Positions 10,105 to 19,865 of a stretch of DNA of 59,054 nt are shown piece by piece. The notes beneath the pieces are model-generated. The model made no database searches, was not told the DNA's origin, and saw nothing but the letters and a program-made list of their open reading frames with translations. Where the stretch lies: contig JBNKNN010000081.1 of the NCBI GenBank assembly GCA_050293865.1, forward strand, positions 1 through 59,054, written 5' to 3'. The first letter of the stretch is position 1; every line of letters begins with the position of its first letter. Both the position numbers and the translations under genes were made by a program. Origin of the DNA: Hydrogenophaga sp. GTDB taxonomy: Bacteria > Pseudomonadota > Gammaproteobacteria > Burkholderiales > Burkholderiaceae_C.

Positions 10105-10719
10105 ATGTTCGGAATCGCAGACTACGGCGCCTTTGTCATTGCAGTCATTGTTTTCCTGGCCATTCCCGGCCCGGGTAATCTGGCGCTGATCACGTCCACC
10201 GGCAAAGGCGGTCTCAAGGGCGGATTGGGGGCCATTCTGGGCGTGATCCTGGGTGACCAGGTGCTTATGTGGATGGCTGTGGCCGGCGTCGCCGCCATGC
10301 TCGCGGCATACCCCGCGGCCTTTTATGCGGTGCAGTGGTTAGGTGCGGCATACCTGGCCTGGATCGGGTGGAAGATGCTCACCGCCAAGCCAGGGGACAA
10401 ACCCATCATCAATATCAAGCCACGCCACTATCTGCAGCAGGCCCTGACCATTACCTTGCTCAACCCCAAGGCGATCATCTTCTACATGGCCTTCTTTCCG
10501 CTGTTCGTGGATCCCGAGCGACATCAAGGCCTGTTCACCTTCGGAGCCATGGCTGCCACGATTGCCTTCCTGACACTTTGCTATGGCCTGACCGTGGTGC
10601 TGCTCACCCACTTCCTGGCTGAACGCATGCGCGCCAACCCTCGTGTCGGGCAGGCGCTGAGCAAAATCGGCGGCGTGTTTCTGATTGGCTTCGGCATCAA
10701 GCTGGCCATTGCAAAATAA
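10105..10719 (+). CDS. LysE/RhtB family amino acid efflux protein (LeuE-like)
   Basis: IPGPGN, GAAYLAW.G, TLLNPKAI.FY.AFFP.FVDP motifs. Confidence 0.9.
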   Translation: MFGIADYGAFVIAVIVFLAIPGPGNLALITSTGKGGLKGGLGAILGVILGDQVLMWMAVAGVAAMLAAYPAAFYAVQWLGAAYLAWIGWKMLTAKPGDKPIINIKPRHYLQQALTITLLNPKAIIFYMAFFPLFVDPERHQGLFTFGAMAATIAFLTLCYGLTVVLLTHFLAERMRANPRVGQALSKIGGVFLIGFGIKLAIAK

Positions 10720-10742
10720 CGAAGAGAGAGAGAGAGATCCAG

Positions 10743-11513
10743 ATGTCGAAGATCTTTTGCGTGGCCAATCAAAAAGGTGGCGTTGGCAAAACCACGACCA
10801 CCGTGAACCTGGCGGCTGGCTTGGCCAAGGTGGGGCAGCGTGTTTTGCTTGTTGACCTGGACCCGCAAGGCAATGCCACCATGGGTTCGGGCATCGACAA
10901 GCGCGCCATGGAAGCTTCGGTTTACGACGTGCTGCTGGAGTCTGCGTCGGTGCCGGAGGCAGCCATATTTTCGGACAAGTGTGGCTACCACGTGTTGGGT
11001 GCCAACCGTGAATTGGCCGGCGCTGAGGTGGAACTGGTGGAGGTGGATCGACGCGAAAAGCGCCTGAAGGAAGCGCTGGCAACCGTCAGCGCCGACTACG
11101 ACTTCGTGCTCATCGATTGCCCGCCATCTTTGTCCATGCTGACGCTCAACGGCTTGTGCTCAGCTCACGGCGTGATCGTTCCCATGCAGTGCGAGTACTT
11201 TGCGCTTGAAGGATTGAGCGATCTGGTCAACACCATCAAGCAGGTACACGCCAACCTCAATCCGGATCTGCAGATCATTGGATTGCTGCGCGTCATGTTC
11301 GACCCCCGCATCACCTTGCAGCAGCAGGTCAGCGACCAGCTCAAGGACCACTTCGGCGACAAGGTGTTCAACGCCGTGATTCCTCGCAATGTTCGTCTGG
11401 CCGAAGCGCCCAGCTACGGACTGCCCGGTGTGGTGTTCGATCCTGCCGCCAAAGGCAGCAAAGCCTTCATCGAATTTGCGGAAGAGATGGTGGCGCGGAT
11501 AGACAAGATGTGA
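10743..11513 (+). CDS. parA: chromosome partitioning ATPase ParA/Soj
   Basis: NQKGGVGKTTT deviant Walker A, DLDPQGNAT, IDCPPSL, PRNVRLAEAPS. Confidence 0.97.
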   Translation: MSKIFCVANQKGGVGKTTTTVNLAAGLAKVGQRVLLVDLDPQGNATMGSGIDKRAMEASVYDVLLESASVPEAAIFSDKCGYHVLGANRELAGAEVELVEVDRREKRLKEALATVSADYDFVLIDCPPSLSMLTLNGLCSAHGVIVPMQCEYFALEGLSDLVNTIKQVHANLNPDLQIIGLLRVMFDPRITLQQQVSDQLKDHFGDKVFNAVIPRNVRLAEAPSYGLPGVVFDPAAKGSKAFIEFAEEMVARIDKM

Positions 11514-11516
11514 ATG

Positions 11517-11595
11517 GACCCCCCCTGCGCCGCTTCGCGGCTTCCCCCTGAGGGGGGCGCAGCTGGCGGACCGGCGGAGCCGGATCCGCGGCTGC
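11517..11595. repeat. REP-like multi-hairpin intergenic element
   Basis: C-run, GCCGC-ttc-GCGGC, CCCCC-tga-GGGGG, then long GCAGC..GCGGA.CCGGC-gga-GCCGG.TCCGC..GCTGC hairpin. Confidence 0.6.
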
Positions 11596-11655
11596 CTCGG
11601 TTGCAAGGGCGGGCTTGCGAAATTTTGTAAGTAAGTGGTTGCTGTCGATTTTTCA

Positions 11656-12207
11656 ATGAATTCTTCTGATGTTCTGATTCTTCCTGGCTGGCAAAACAGC
11701 GGTCCGGATCATTGGCAAAGCCTTTGGGAGGCCCGCCATGGCTATACGCGGGTGGAGCAGAGCGACTGGATGACCCCCAAGCGCGGGGACTGGATGATCC
11801 GCCTGGAAGAGACATTGCTGGCGCGAGCCGATGCGGGCCAGCCGCCAGCAATTCTGGCAGCGCACAGCCTGGGCTGCATCCTGGTGGCGGCTTGGGCATC
11901 GCACTCGCGCAACACGCACCTGGTCAGGGCGGCCTTGCTGGTCGCACCGGGTGATGCCGACCAGCCTGGCCTGGCCGAACAACTCCCGACCTGGCAGCCC
12001 GTGTCCATGCAGCGCCTGCAGTTTCCAACCATGGTGCTGAACAGCACCGATGATCCTTATTGCACCCGGGATCGCGCCGAAGCCATGGCCAATGCCTGGG
12101 GTGCCCGCTTTGTCGACTACGGGCAGCGCGGCCACATCAATGGTGAGTCAGGACTGGGTCATTGGGAAGAGGGGCAGGCGATGCTACAAGCTCTGGCGAA
12201 CGCATGA
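11656..12207 (+). CDS. RBBP9/YdeN family alpha/beta hydrolase
   Basis: LPGW.NSG..HWQ, AHSLGC, S.DDPY, GHIN..SGLG.W. Confidence 0.92.
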   Translation: MNSSDVLILPGWQNSGPDHWQSLWEARHGYTRVEQSDWMTPKRGDWMIRLEETLLARADAGQPPAILAAHSLGCILVAAWASHSRNTHLVRAALLVAPGDADQPGLAEQLPTWQPVSMQRLQFPTMVLNSTDDPYCTRDRAEAMANAWGARFVDYGQRGHINGESGLGHWEEGQAMLQALANA

Positions 12208-12309
12208 GAACGCAGTCGCAGTCCGACGCTGAAAAGTGCTGAAGCCATCTGCCGGCACACCGAATACGACATACACACACAGACAGAACAAGAACTGAGG
12301 ATTCACCCC

Positions 12310-13263
12310 ATGGCGACCAAAAAACCCAAAGGCCTCGGCCGCGGACTTGAAGCACTGCTTGGCCCCAAGGTCAGCGACACCCCCACGGCCGATGGCAACC
12401 CCACACCTACCGCAGCGGAAGCGCGCGCCGCCAAGGATGTGGTCACCATGATGACGCTTGATCAGATGGTGGCCGGTATCTATCAGCCACGCACCCGCAT
12501 GGACGAGGGCGCCCTGTATGAACTGGCCGAATCGATTCGCGCCCAGGGCATCATGCAGCCGATTCTCGTGCGCCGCCTCACCGAGGGCGAGAACAGCGGC
12601 AAGTACGAGATCATTGCGGGTGAACGTCGTTTCCGTGCTTCCAAGCTGGCGGGCCTGAATGAAGTACCAGTGCTGGTTCGCGACGTGCCCAATGAAGCCG
12701 CCGCCGCCATGGCGCTGATCGAAAACATCCAGCGCGAGGATCTCAACCCGCTCGAAGAAGCACAAGGCTTGCAACGCCTGATCAGAGAGTTTGGGCTGAC
12801 GCACGAGCAAGCGGCGCAAGCCGTGGGCCGTTCGCGCAGCGCAGCGAGCAACTTGCTGCGATTGCTCAACCTGGCCGATCCGGTTCAGACCATGCTGATG
12901 GCCGGCGACATCGACATGGGACACGCACGCGCACTGCTCACGCTGGACCGTGCCGCGCAAATCACCGCCGCCAATCAAGTGGCGTCACGCAAGCTCTCGG
13001 TGAGAGAAACCGAAAGTCTGGTCAAGAAGCTGAGCGCCGAATTCAACTTGGTGCCGCAAAAGCCCAAGAAGGAAAAGTCGCGCGACATCCGCCGTGTGGA
13101 GGAAGAGTTGTCCGATCTGCTCACGGCCGATGTGGAAGTGCGCGTGAAGAAGCGCGTGAAACGTCACGGGCGCGTGGAGGAGCTGGGCGAGATCGCCATC
13201 CAGTTCGGGTCGCTCGATGAACTCAACGGCTTGATTGATCGCTTGCGCGGTGGAACGGAGTGA
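12310..13263 (+). CDS. parB: chromosome partitioning protein ParB/Spo0J
   Basis: GLGRGLEALL, YQPR, IAGERRFRA, ENIQREDLNPLEEA, HTH GRSRSAASNLLRLL. Confidence 0.97.
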   Translation: MATKKPKGLGRGLEALLGPKVSDTPTADGNPTPTAAEARAAKDVVTMMTLDQMVAGIYQPRTRMDEGALYELAESIRAQGIMQPILVRRLTEGENSGKYEIIAGERRFRASKLAGLNEVPVLVRDVPNEAAAAMALIENIQREDLNPLEEAQGLQRLIREFGLTHEQAAQAVGRSRSAASNLLRLLNLADPVQTMLMAGDIDMGHARALLTLDRAAQITAANQVASRKLSVRETESLVKKLSAEFNLVPQKPKKEKSRDIRRVEEELSDLLTADVEVRVKKRVKRHGRVEELGEIAIQFGSLDELNGLIDRLRGGTE

Positions 13264-13310
13264 GCGTTCTGGGTGGCTGAAAGAGAAACCTGGTCCTGAG
13301 AGACCCGGCC

Positions 13311-13649
13311 CTAGTTGCCGCCCACCATGCACTTCTCGCCAGCCACGTCATTGACGTAGGCCATGACCTTGCTTTCCGAGGTGAGGTCCGCCATCGAAAG
13401 ATTTGCCACCAGCTCATTGGCAACACATTCGCAAGCGACCTTGGCTTGCTCGATACCGCCAGCCGCGGCAGAACAGGACTTGGCGAAAGACGTCTTGAAA
13501 GAGCTGCGGAAGCCATCTTCGACGGGAGTCGAAGCAGATGGCGCAGGCGAGCTATTCACAGAATTTGCGTCGTTAGGTTGTTTGGCGTCGCCGCAAGCGG
13601 CCAGGACGAACAATGGCGCAACAAGGGCCAACAAAATTCGCGTTTCCAT
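13311..13649 (-). CDS. hypothetical lipoprotein
   Basis: LAAC lipobox, Ser/Pro linker, SC....CEC...C small domain. Confidence 0.7.
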   Translation of the reverse strand: METRILLALVAPLFVLAACGDAKQPNDANSVNSSPAPSASTPVEDGFRSSFKTSFAKSCSAAAGGIEQAKVACECVANELVANLSMADLTSESKVMAYVNDVAGEKCMVGGN

Positions 13650-13693
13650 GGGTGCTTTCGAGTGAAAAGTTGGATGCTCTGCAGAGAGAGCCA

Positions 13694-14635
13694 TCATGGT
13701 TGATACTGCTCGACCAAGGCTTGACGGTCGACCGCCTCCGAGGCCCCTTTGTGATATCGAATGCGGAAGCCATCACGGTAGCGGCTACCAGGTGCATAGG
13801 CTTCCCAGCCGCTCCGTTGCACAATGCTGATCCAGCGCGAGCCGTCCACTACTGTCCAGTACTTCCCCTCGCCGTGGCCGAGATCGTCACGAACGTGGAG
13901 CATTGTTTTGCCGTTCCAGGGGCCCGATATGTTTTCCATGCGAATCAAATAGGCAGAGGTACCCACGACTTCTGCGATGGTCACGCGTTCGCCTTCGGCT
14001 CCTTCGAGAACGGATACCTTGCCGAGTTTCATGCTGGCTTTGTCGATCGTCGGCAATGAAACGGACTCAGCGACCTTGGTCGTTGCAGAGCTTGCAGCGC
14101 TCTCCAACGGAGCGCTGCAGGCCTTGTCTACGACCTTGCGCTGCTTGAGCACTGCGCACACGTTGTCCTTGTAGTAGCCCTGGCCGTCGGGTGTGGCCAA
14201 TCGTCGAAGCACGTCGGCTTGCAAGGCGTCGAAGCAGGTGGATTGAAAGACCGTTCGAGCCCTCCCTGCGTTGTCATAGTCAGGCGGAAGAGCCAGCCCC
14301 GCTTGCATGGACAACACCAGATCAGCGTCCTTGCAGAAACCGATGGGCGTGCGTTTTGCCGCCACCGAGAAATAGCGCATGGCCACGTCCGCATTGAACT
14401 GGCGCCGAACCACTTTGCCAGCGGCCATGGCGTCGTCCGGACGCCGTTGCACCAGCGCATCCAGCTGTTCCAGGCACGGCTCGTCCCCGGCGATGCGTTG
14501 GCAGCGCTCGAAGTCGGCAGGCATTTGCAGCTGGAAATCGGATGCTGCAGCGTGGGTACATACCAAACATGCGCTCCAGACAACCACAAGTCCCACCGAC
14601 GCATTGAAGCGCGCCTTCCATTGACCCAACAGCAT
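13694..14635 (-). CDS. hypothetical exported protein
   Basis: 313-aa ORF with signal-like N-terminus, paired Cys, coherent composition. Confidence 0.65.
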   Translation of the reverse strand: MLLGQWKARFNASVGLVVVWSACLVCTHAAASDFQLQMPADFERCQRIAGDEPCLEQLDALVQRRPDDAMAAGKVVRRQFNADVAMRYFSVAAKRTPIGFCKDADLVLSMQAGLALPPDYDNAGRARTVFQSTCFDALQADVLRRLATPDGQGYYKDNVCAVLKQRKVVDKACSAPLESAASSATTKVAESVSLPTIDKASMKLGKVSVLEGAEGERVTIAEVVGTSAYLIRMENISGPWNGKTMLHVRDDLGHGEGKYWTVVDGSRWISIVQRSGWEAYAPGSRYRDGFRIRYHKGASEAVDRQALVEQYQP

Positions 14636-14757
14636 GAGCCCTCCCGAGGGTGATAGAGAAAAATCGCGTCACCCCAAAAGGGCGTCTGCAGCTCGACGCA
14701 CAAGCGCGGCCGAATGCATATTGAATACCATTGTACTATATCGAGTGCCCGTCATGC

Positions 14758-15459
14758 TCATGCCGTGTTTCTCATTCTTGCCGTGCGGCGTTTGCCACTG
14801 GCCATGTAGATGCTGCCCATCCAGATCGACTCTACGGCGAAGTCATCCAGGTAGGCTTCAAGTTCTCGCCATGGCTCAAGCAGGCCATGGAGCGAGCTGA
14901 CGGAGTACAGAGCGCAGCCCATCACCGCCATGTTGACGGGCAGCAACCACGGTGGTGCCCATTGCAAGCCAGTGGCCACCACATGGGCACCGGCTTTGAG
15001 GTGATCCATCACATGGGCCACCGATGCCGGGTGGAGCGCGATGTCATGGGTGAAGTGGAAGATCGCTGCGTCTGCCTTGGGGCCTGACCACTTCGCAACA
15101 TCGACAGGGGACTCGATGAGTTGAACCTGCCGTTGCGCGGTTCTGCCCAAGCCTTGCAATCGCTGTCTGGCTTTGCTCAGCATGTCGGCATTTTGCTCGA
15201 TGCCGGTCACTTTGCCGGCGACTCCGACGGATGCAAGAAGCGGCTCGAAGCTCAAGCCGGTACCGCAGCCAATATCCAGCACCGACTGACCAGGCTGAAG
15301 CTCCAGTCGCTGGATGGCTAGCGCTCGCAGCGGTTCAAACGGTTGCAGCTCGGCATCATACGAAGGCGCGCGTGCACCGTACAAGCGTTGCATTGCAGAC
15401 TGATTGCTGTGGCGTTTTGAGAATGACTGCCGTGTCCGAGGCAATCGCTTTGACACCAT
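14758..15459 (-). CDS. class I SAM-dependent methyltransferase
   Basis: VLDIGCGTGLSF motif I; start uncertain (15459 or 15393). Confidence 0.88.
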   Translation of the reverse strand: MVSKRLPRTRQSFSKRHSNQSAMQRLYGARAPSYDAELQPFEPLRALAIQRLELQPGQSVLDIGCGTGLSFEPLLASVGVAGKVTGIEQNADMLSKARQRLQGLGRTAQRQVQLIESPVDVAKWSGPKADAAIFHFTHDIALHPASVAHVMDHLKAGAHVVATGLQWAPPWLLPVNMAVMGCALYSVSSLHGLLEPWRELEAYLDDFAVESIWMGSIYMASGKRRTARMRNTA

Positions 15460-15660
15460 GGCCCCAACCCTTCTTCGCCATGTTGGCGAACAAACGAACA
15501 CCCCCGAACCCAGTCCCTGCAGACGATGTTACCCCCTTATACCGCCAACTGTGGCGACCACCCTGCCGGGCCAACTGTCGCTATCATGCGAAAGCCATGA
15601 CGCAAGGCGCGCCTCAGGGGTGACATTGCTCAACGGCGGCGTTCTCCCATGCGGCGTTAC

Positions 15661-16315
15661 ATGTCCACGTTCTTGTACTTCGCCTTCGGCTCCAACCTGC
15701 TCACGCAGCGCTTGCAGGCGCGCACGCCTTCTGCTCGGGCGAAGGGCCTCGCAGTGCTGCCACGCCACCGCCCTGCATGGCACGGGTCAGGACGGATCAG
15801 CCAAGTGCGACGTCGTGCCCGTCATCGAGCCTCCTTCCGTGGTGCATGGCGTTCTCTACCTTGTCAGAGCAGAAGAGCGGAGCCTCCTGGATCAGGCAGA
15901 GGGTATGGGTCGAGGATATGACGCCATCTCTGACAACGTCTGGTTGGAGGGCCAAGAGCAACTCGCCATGACCTATCAAGCGACCAAGTTCGCTCCCGGC
16001 TGGAAGCCGTACGACTGGTATAAGGCTCTGGTGCTCGCCGGCGCTCTTGAACACCAGCTTCCTGTCGGTCACATCAGAGGCATCGCCGCAGTCCCGTCGG
16101 CGCCCGATCCCGACCCTGTGCGCGCCAGCCAGCATTGGCAGCTCCTGCGCGCGAGCCCCTCTGACCTGCGTTCGCGGAGTCGAACGCTGTTGCAACATGA
16201 CTCGGAACATTTGTCGCAGCGGGCTTTGCGAGCAAAGTGCCTGATCGTCTCGGGCAACGTTCCCAACGACACCTACAATGGAGAGAGGGTCCTTGACTCA
16301 CTGCCAAGGGGTTGA
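15661..16315 (+). pseudogene. gamma-glutamylcyclotransferase family, frameshifted
   Basis: LYFAFGSNL..RL..R.PSA in one frame; GQDGSAKCD..VHGVLY..LD.AEG..GY..PYDWYK.LV in another; shift near 15784. Confidence 0.75.
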
Positions 16316-16461
16316 CTGCGGCCGTCTTGGCCGGCAGCTCCAAGCTGGATCCGCTGTTGCCCGTGCAGGCGGCGCATTGGCGCAGTGGTCATCGTAGCTG
16401 TTGCTAAGATCGCTGGATAGAGAAGTCTAACGATCCGAGTCAACGGACAGGGAGAACAATC

Positions 16462-16806
16462 ATGGCGATTCGACCGTTGCTCAAGGTTCAAGACCTGGAG
16501 CGAACCAAAGCCTTCTATAGCGAGAAGCTGCGATTCACCGTCAGCGAAAGCGACGAGTCGACTTGCGTGCTTCAAATGGGACGGGGGACTCTGTCCTTTA
16601 CCACCGTCGATCTGTGGCCTGGCGAGCCTCAAATGACAGGCACGCTTTACATCTTCGTAGACGATGTGGTGGCGTACTACGCATCGGTGCACACGAGCGT
16701 GACAGTGATCTGGCCGCTGCAAACCCGATGCGACGACAGCAAGGAGTTCGGGGTTCTGGATTGCAACGGCTATACGCTGGCGTTTGCCCAGCGGTCGAGA
16801 GCCTGA
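16462..16806 (+). CDS. VOC/glyoxalase family protein
   Basis: GGAG RBS; P.L.V.DL.....FY...L.F, LYIFVDDV, EFGVLDCNGY.LAF. Confidence 0.88.
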   Translation: MAIRPLLKVQDLERTKAFYSEKLRFTVSESDESTCVLQMGRGTLSFTTVDLWPGEPQMTGTLYIFVDDVVAYYASVHTSVTVIWPLQTRCDDSKEFGVLDCNGYTLAFAQRSRA

Positions 16807-16926
16807 CGCCAACTTCACTGGCGCCCCGATTTTTGGCACACTGACTGTTCCCGATAGGCTGCCGGGCACGTTGTGACGGCCGAGCGGGTCGTTCAGCATT
16901 TCGTTCCAAAGGACGCATCACCTGTC

Positions 16927-17418
16927 ATGGATCACCGCGCCATTCACACCGCCAGCCTCCAACTGGCCGATGTCTTGACCGAGATGGAGTCTCTCGTGCT
17001 GTCACAGCCCGAGAGCGAAGAGCGTCGTCGACTCATGCGTGCCATCCAGCGCCTGGCGAGTCTGGCGGACATGGAGCTGCGGTTGCCATTGGAAAAGGCC
17101 ATGGAAGACATGTCGCAAAGCCGGGCAGACCGGGCAGACCGGGCAGTCCTTCGAGTGCAAGATCATGGTGTCCTGGCTGATAGCCCTGGTATCGCTGCCA
17201 CCACCATCGACGAGATTGACGCGTACTTGCGAGACGCTTGTACGGACCAATGGCGTCAGGCTGCGCGGGTGACAGGCACGGCTGTCGCCCAATGGCCAGA
17301 CCTGCCCATTGCCCTCTTTGCCGAACGCTTGCTCCACCTTTCCCGCACCGGTACCTTGGAATCAAGAGGGGATTTGACCCAGGTCCTGCACAGCGAAGTG
17401 CGCCGCCTGCGGTCATAG
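16927..17418 (+). CDS. DUF3658-like domain protein
   Basis: C-terminal ID..L......W...ARV...RL..L...G.LE..GD.....SEVR pattern; start uncertain. Confidence 0.6.
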   Translation: MDHRAIHTASLQLADVLTEMESLVLSQPESEERRRLMRAIQRLASLADMELRLPLEKAMEDMSQSRADRADRAVLRVQDHGVLADSPGIAATTIDEIDAYLRDACTDQWRQAARVTGTAVAQWPDLPIALFAERLLHLSRTGTLESRGDLTQVLHSEVRRLRS

Positions 17419-17464
17419 CGGGTGGGATAGATGCGCCACAGTCAAAAGTGCCAGAGCCTGCGGT

Positions 17465-17989
17465 TCAACGCAGCTTTGCCCCGGCGCGGTGGCAGCATTC
17501 CAGCAGGAACGTCCGGCTGGCTTCATCCAGATCGCTTTTGGGCAACATCGAAAGACCGCCGCTGCGATACTCCAACGCCCATACGCTGGACAAACGCCAC
17601 ACTGTCTTGATTTGTGACCATGGGATTCGGGCCTCGCCGGCTGCCGAGGAAAGCATCAGATACTCGACATCCAGTGTCATGCAAGCCGGCTCCCCGTTGA
17701 GCAAGGACAGCGCGCGCAAGCTGTGCCGCCGCTGCGCCCAATACGCTGCGGCGATCACCATGGCAGATATGAGTGCACTGGTGGCCATGGCGCCCACTAC
17801 CCAATCGGCGCGATGCCGATGCAGGGCGAGGTAGAAGGCCGCAGTGCCCACGGCGATGGTGGCGGCGGGCCACAGAAGGCCGACCTGCTGGCGCCAAACC
17901 TGCCGAACGCCTTGCTTGACAATGGCGGTCGTGTAGTGGAGGGCCATGGTGTCTTTGGAACCCACGGCCTCGCCCGGGCGATTGTTCAT
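17465..17989 (-). CDS. YcxB family membrane protein
   Basis: Two TM segments followed by ..IPWS.I..V.......L......LPK motif; start uncertain. Confidence 0.65.
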   Translation of the reverse strand: MNNRPGEAVGSKDTMALHYTTAIVKQGVRQVWRQQVGLLWPAATIAVGTAAFYLALHRHRADWVVGAMATSALISAMVIAAAYWAQRRHSLRALSLLNGEPACMTLDVEYLMLSSAAGEARIPWSQIKTVWRLSSVWALEYRSGGLSMLPKSDLDEASRTFLLECCHRAGAKLR

Positions 17990-18034
17990 GAAGTTGGTCA
18001 AACGCTGGTGCCTGCGCCTGCCATGTGGTCTGTT

Positions 18035-18481
18035 CTACTGCCTGGACTCGCTGGCACGTTCGTCCGGCGATGGGTCGGGTTCAGCGGACTCGGCGGGCTC
18101 AACAGCCTTGACCGGCTCGAAGGCATCATCGGGTGAGTCGGCGTCGGTTGCAACGCCCGACGCATCCTCGCCGGAGTCGAAATAGGGGTTGCCGTTCTCG
18201 TCGACGATGCACCCAGTGACCTTGTCGTTGTAGGCATCCAGCAAAGCTTCGTCCTCGCCCTCTGAATCCATGAAGGCCTTCCACTCGGACCTGTATTTCT
18301 CGTGGCATGCCTCAAACTGCGTTTCAACAGCCGCGATGCAAGCCTTGTCTTCGTCACCGCAAACAGCCTTCAGGCTGGCCTTGAGCATCTCGACAGCTGC
18401 TTTGTCGGCCAGCATGTCGCAACCCGCGAGCGCAAACACTGTGGCGCCCAGCAATGTGGTGGCTTTCAATCGCCAGTTCAT
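18035..18481 (-). CDS. hypothetical lipoprotein
   Basis: GGAGG RBS; LAGC lipobox; paired Cys helical domain; acidic tail. Confidence 0.7.
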   Translation of the reverse strand: MNWRLKATTLLGATVFALAGCDMLADKAAVEMLKASLKAVCGDEDKACIAAVETQFEACHEKYRSEWKAFMDSEGEDEALLDAYNDKVTGCIVDENGNPYFDSGEDASGVATDADSPDDAFEPVKAVEPAESAEPDPSPDERASESRQ

Positions 18482-18519
18482 GGCTTTCCTCCATCCGTTT
18501 TTGTTGACCGGAAGTGACA

Positions 18520-19179
18520 TCAGGCAGGCGTTCGACGGGTCAGGGCAACGGCGCCGGCAGCCAACAGAAACACTGCGCCGGTGACCCGGTTGAACCATTG
18601 ATTGTGGCGAGGCGTGCGCAACCAAGCCTGAGCGCGACGCGCGGCCAGTGCATACACACTGAGCCAGAACACCTCGAACACGACGAACGTGCTGCTCAGG
18701 ATCAGGAACTGCGGCCATTGCGGTGCAGTGGGGTCAATGAACTGCGGAAACAGGGCAGAGAAGAACAGAAGCGCTTTGGGGTTGCTCGCGCCCACCAACA
18801 AGCCTTGCAATGCAAGCTTTCGACGCCGGATAGGCCCCGGGCGAACCGTTGGCATCGGCGTCTGATCGCGGTCATGGGCCGTCTCAATCGCTGGTTGGCG
18901 CGAGAGAATCATGGATATGCCCAGGTAGGCGAGATAGGCCGCGCCGCACCACTTGAGTACGAGGAATGCGGTTTCAGATGTGGCCAGAACGGCTCCCATG
19001 CCCAAAGCCGATAGCGCCATGATGGTCACGATGGCCACCGTGCTGCCCATGACGCTGATCATGGCATGGCGAGGCCCATGCTGGACCGCGTTGGCCATGC
19101 ACATGAGCACGGTAGGGCCTGGCGTGACAGTGAGGACGATCACTGCTGTGGCATACAGCAACCAGGTAGACAGGCTCAT
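18520..19179 (-). CDS. LysE family translocator
   Basis: TPGP, LKW.GAAYL.YLG, SNPKALLFF.ALFPQFIDP. Confidence 0.92.
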   Translation of the reverse strand: MSLSTWLLYATAVIVLTVTPGPTVLMCMANAVQHGPRHAMISVMGSTVAIVTIMALSALGMGAVLATSETAFLVLKWCGAAYLAYLGISMILSRQPAIETAHDRDQTPMPTVRPGPIRRRKLALQGLLVGASNPKALLFFSALFPQFIDPTAPQWPQFLILSSTFVVFEVFWLSVYALAARRAQAWLRTPRHNQWFNRVTGAVFLLAAGAVALTRRTPA

Positions 19180-19865
19180 GATGGAGTGAAAGTAAAGACG
19201 GTCTGTGTTCGAACGTCTCTTGGACGTCTTTGAGGGGAGAGCGTGCTGCCCATTCCGAAGCTGGGTGCTCGCCGCGTTGCATTGAAATGCTTTGCCAAGT
19301 CATGGCGTCGAAGAGAAGCAGACGAGACACCGGATGGATGCGTTGCAATCTGAGTGAGCAAGGAAACTCATACCCCTTCACACGTGTCCGTCAACGCCTT
19401 CGCCAGTGCCGTTTCCTCCGGTTTTGCTGTTCGTTGCAGCAGCAGGATACCACTGACACGCCCTTCCACTGAACTTGAGTTTCTCTTGCGAAAACAGGCG
19501 ATGAAACTTGTTGTCGACCTAAGCGCATTACTGTGCCTTTGCGCTGGCGTCCTTGCAGATCCTGTCAGCCCCACCCTGACGAAGAGCCCTTTGTCTGATC
19601 GTCAGACATCACGACGATGTGCATCTCCGAACGATGGTCTTTGGCATTTCGGGCAGCCTCCCGCTGGGGAACAAAGGGCGAATTGGGGGGCTTATCTGCC
19701 AATAAGGCATTGGCCGTTTGCCCACAATGATTCCAGGCTTTTGGGCAGGCGCGCTGCGGTCGCAACAGTTCCCTTGAGCTTCAAAGTATGCCGCCTACAG
19801 GCGGTGCTTCGCCGGCGTCCGCTCGGGTCGGACTGGAATGACCCAGGAAACAGTAGAGGGAGCAG

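Noticed and set aside
16425-16447. attC-like GTCTAAC...TCAAC.GGAC next to cassette-like small genes; also GTTAG motifs near 25584-25603
   Set aside because: No complementary partner end, no repeated sites between neighbouring genes and no integron integrase
19180-19865. Gene or ncRNA in the ~690-bp spacer before the HD-GYP operon
   Set aside because: ORFs lack RBS, motifs or typical composition; no convincing structure; left unannotated
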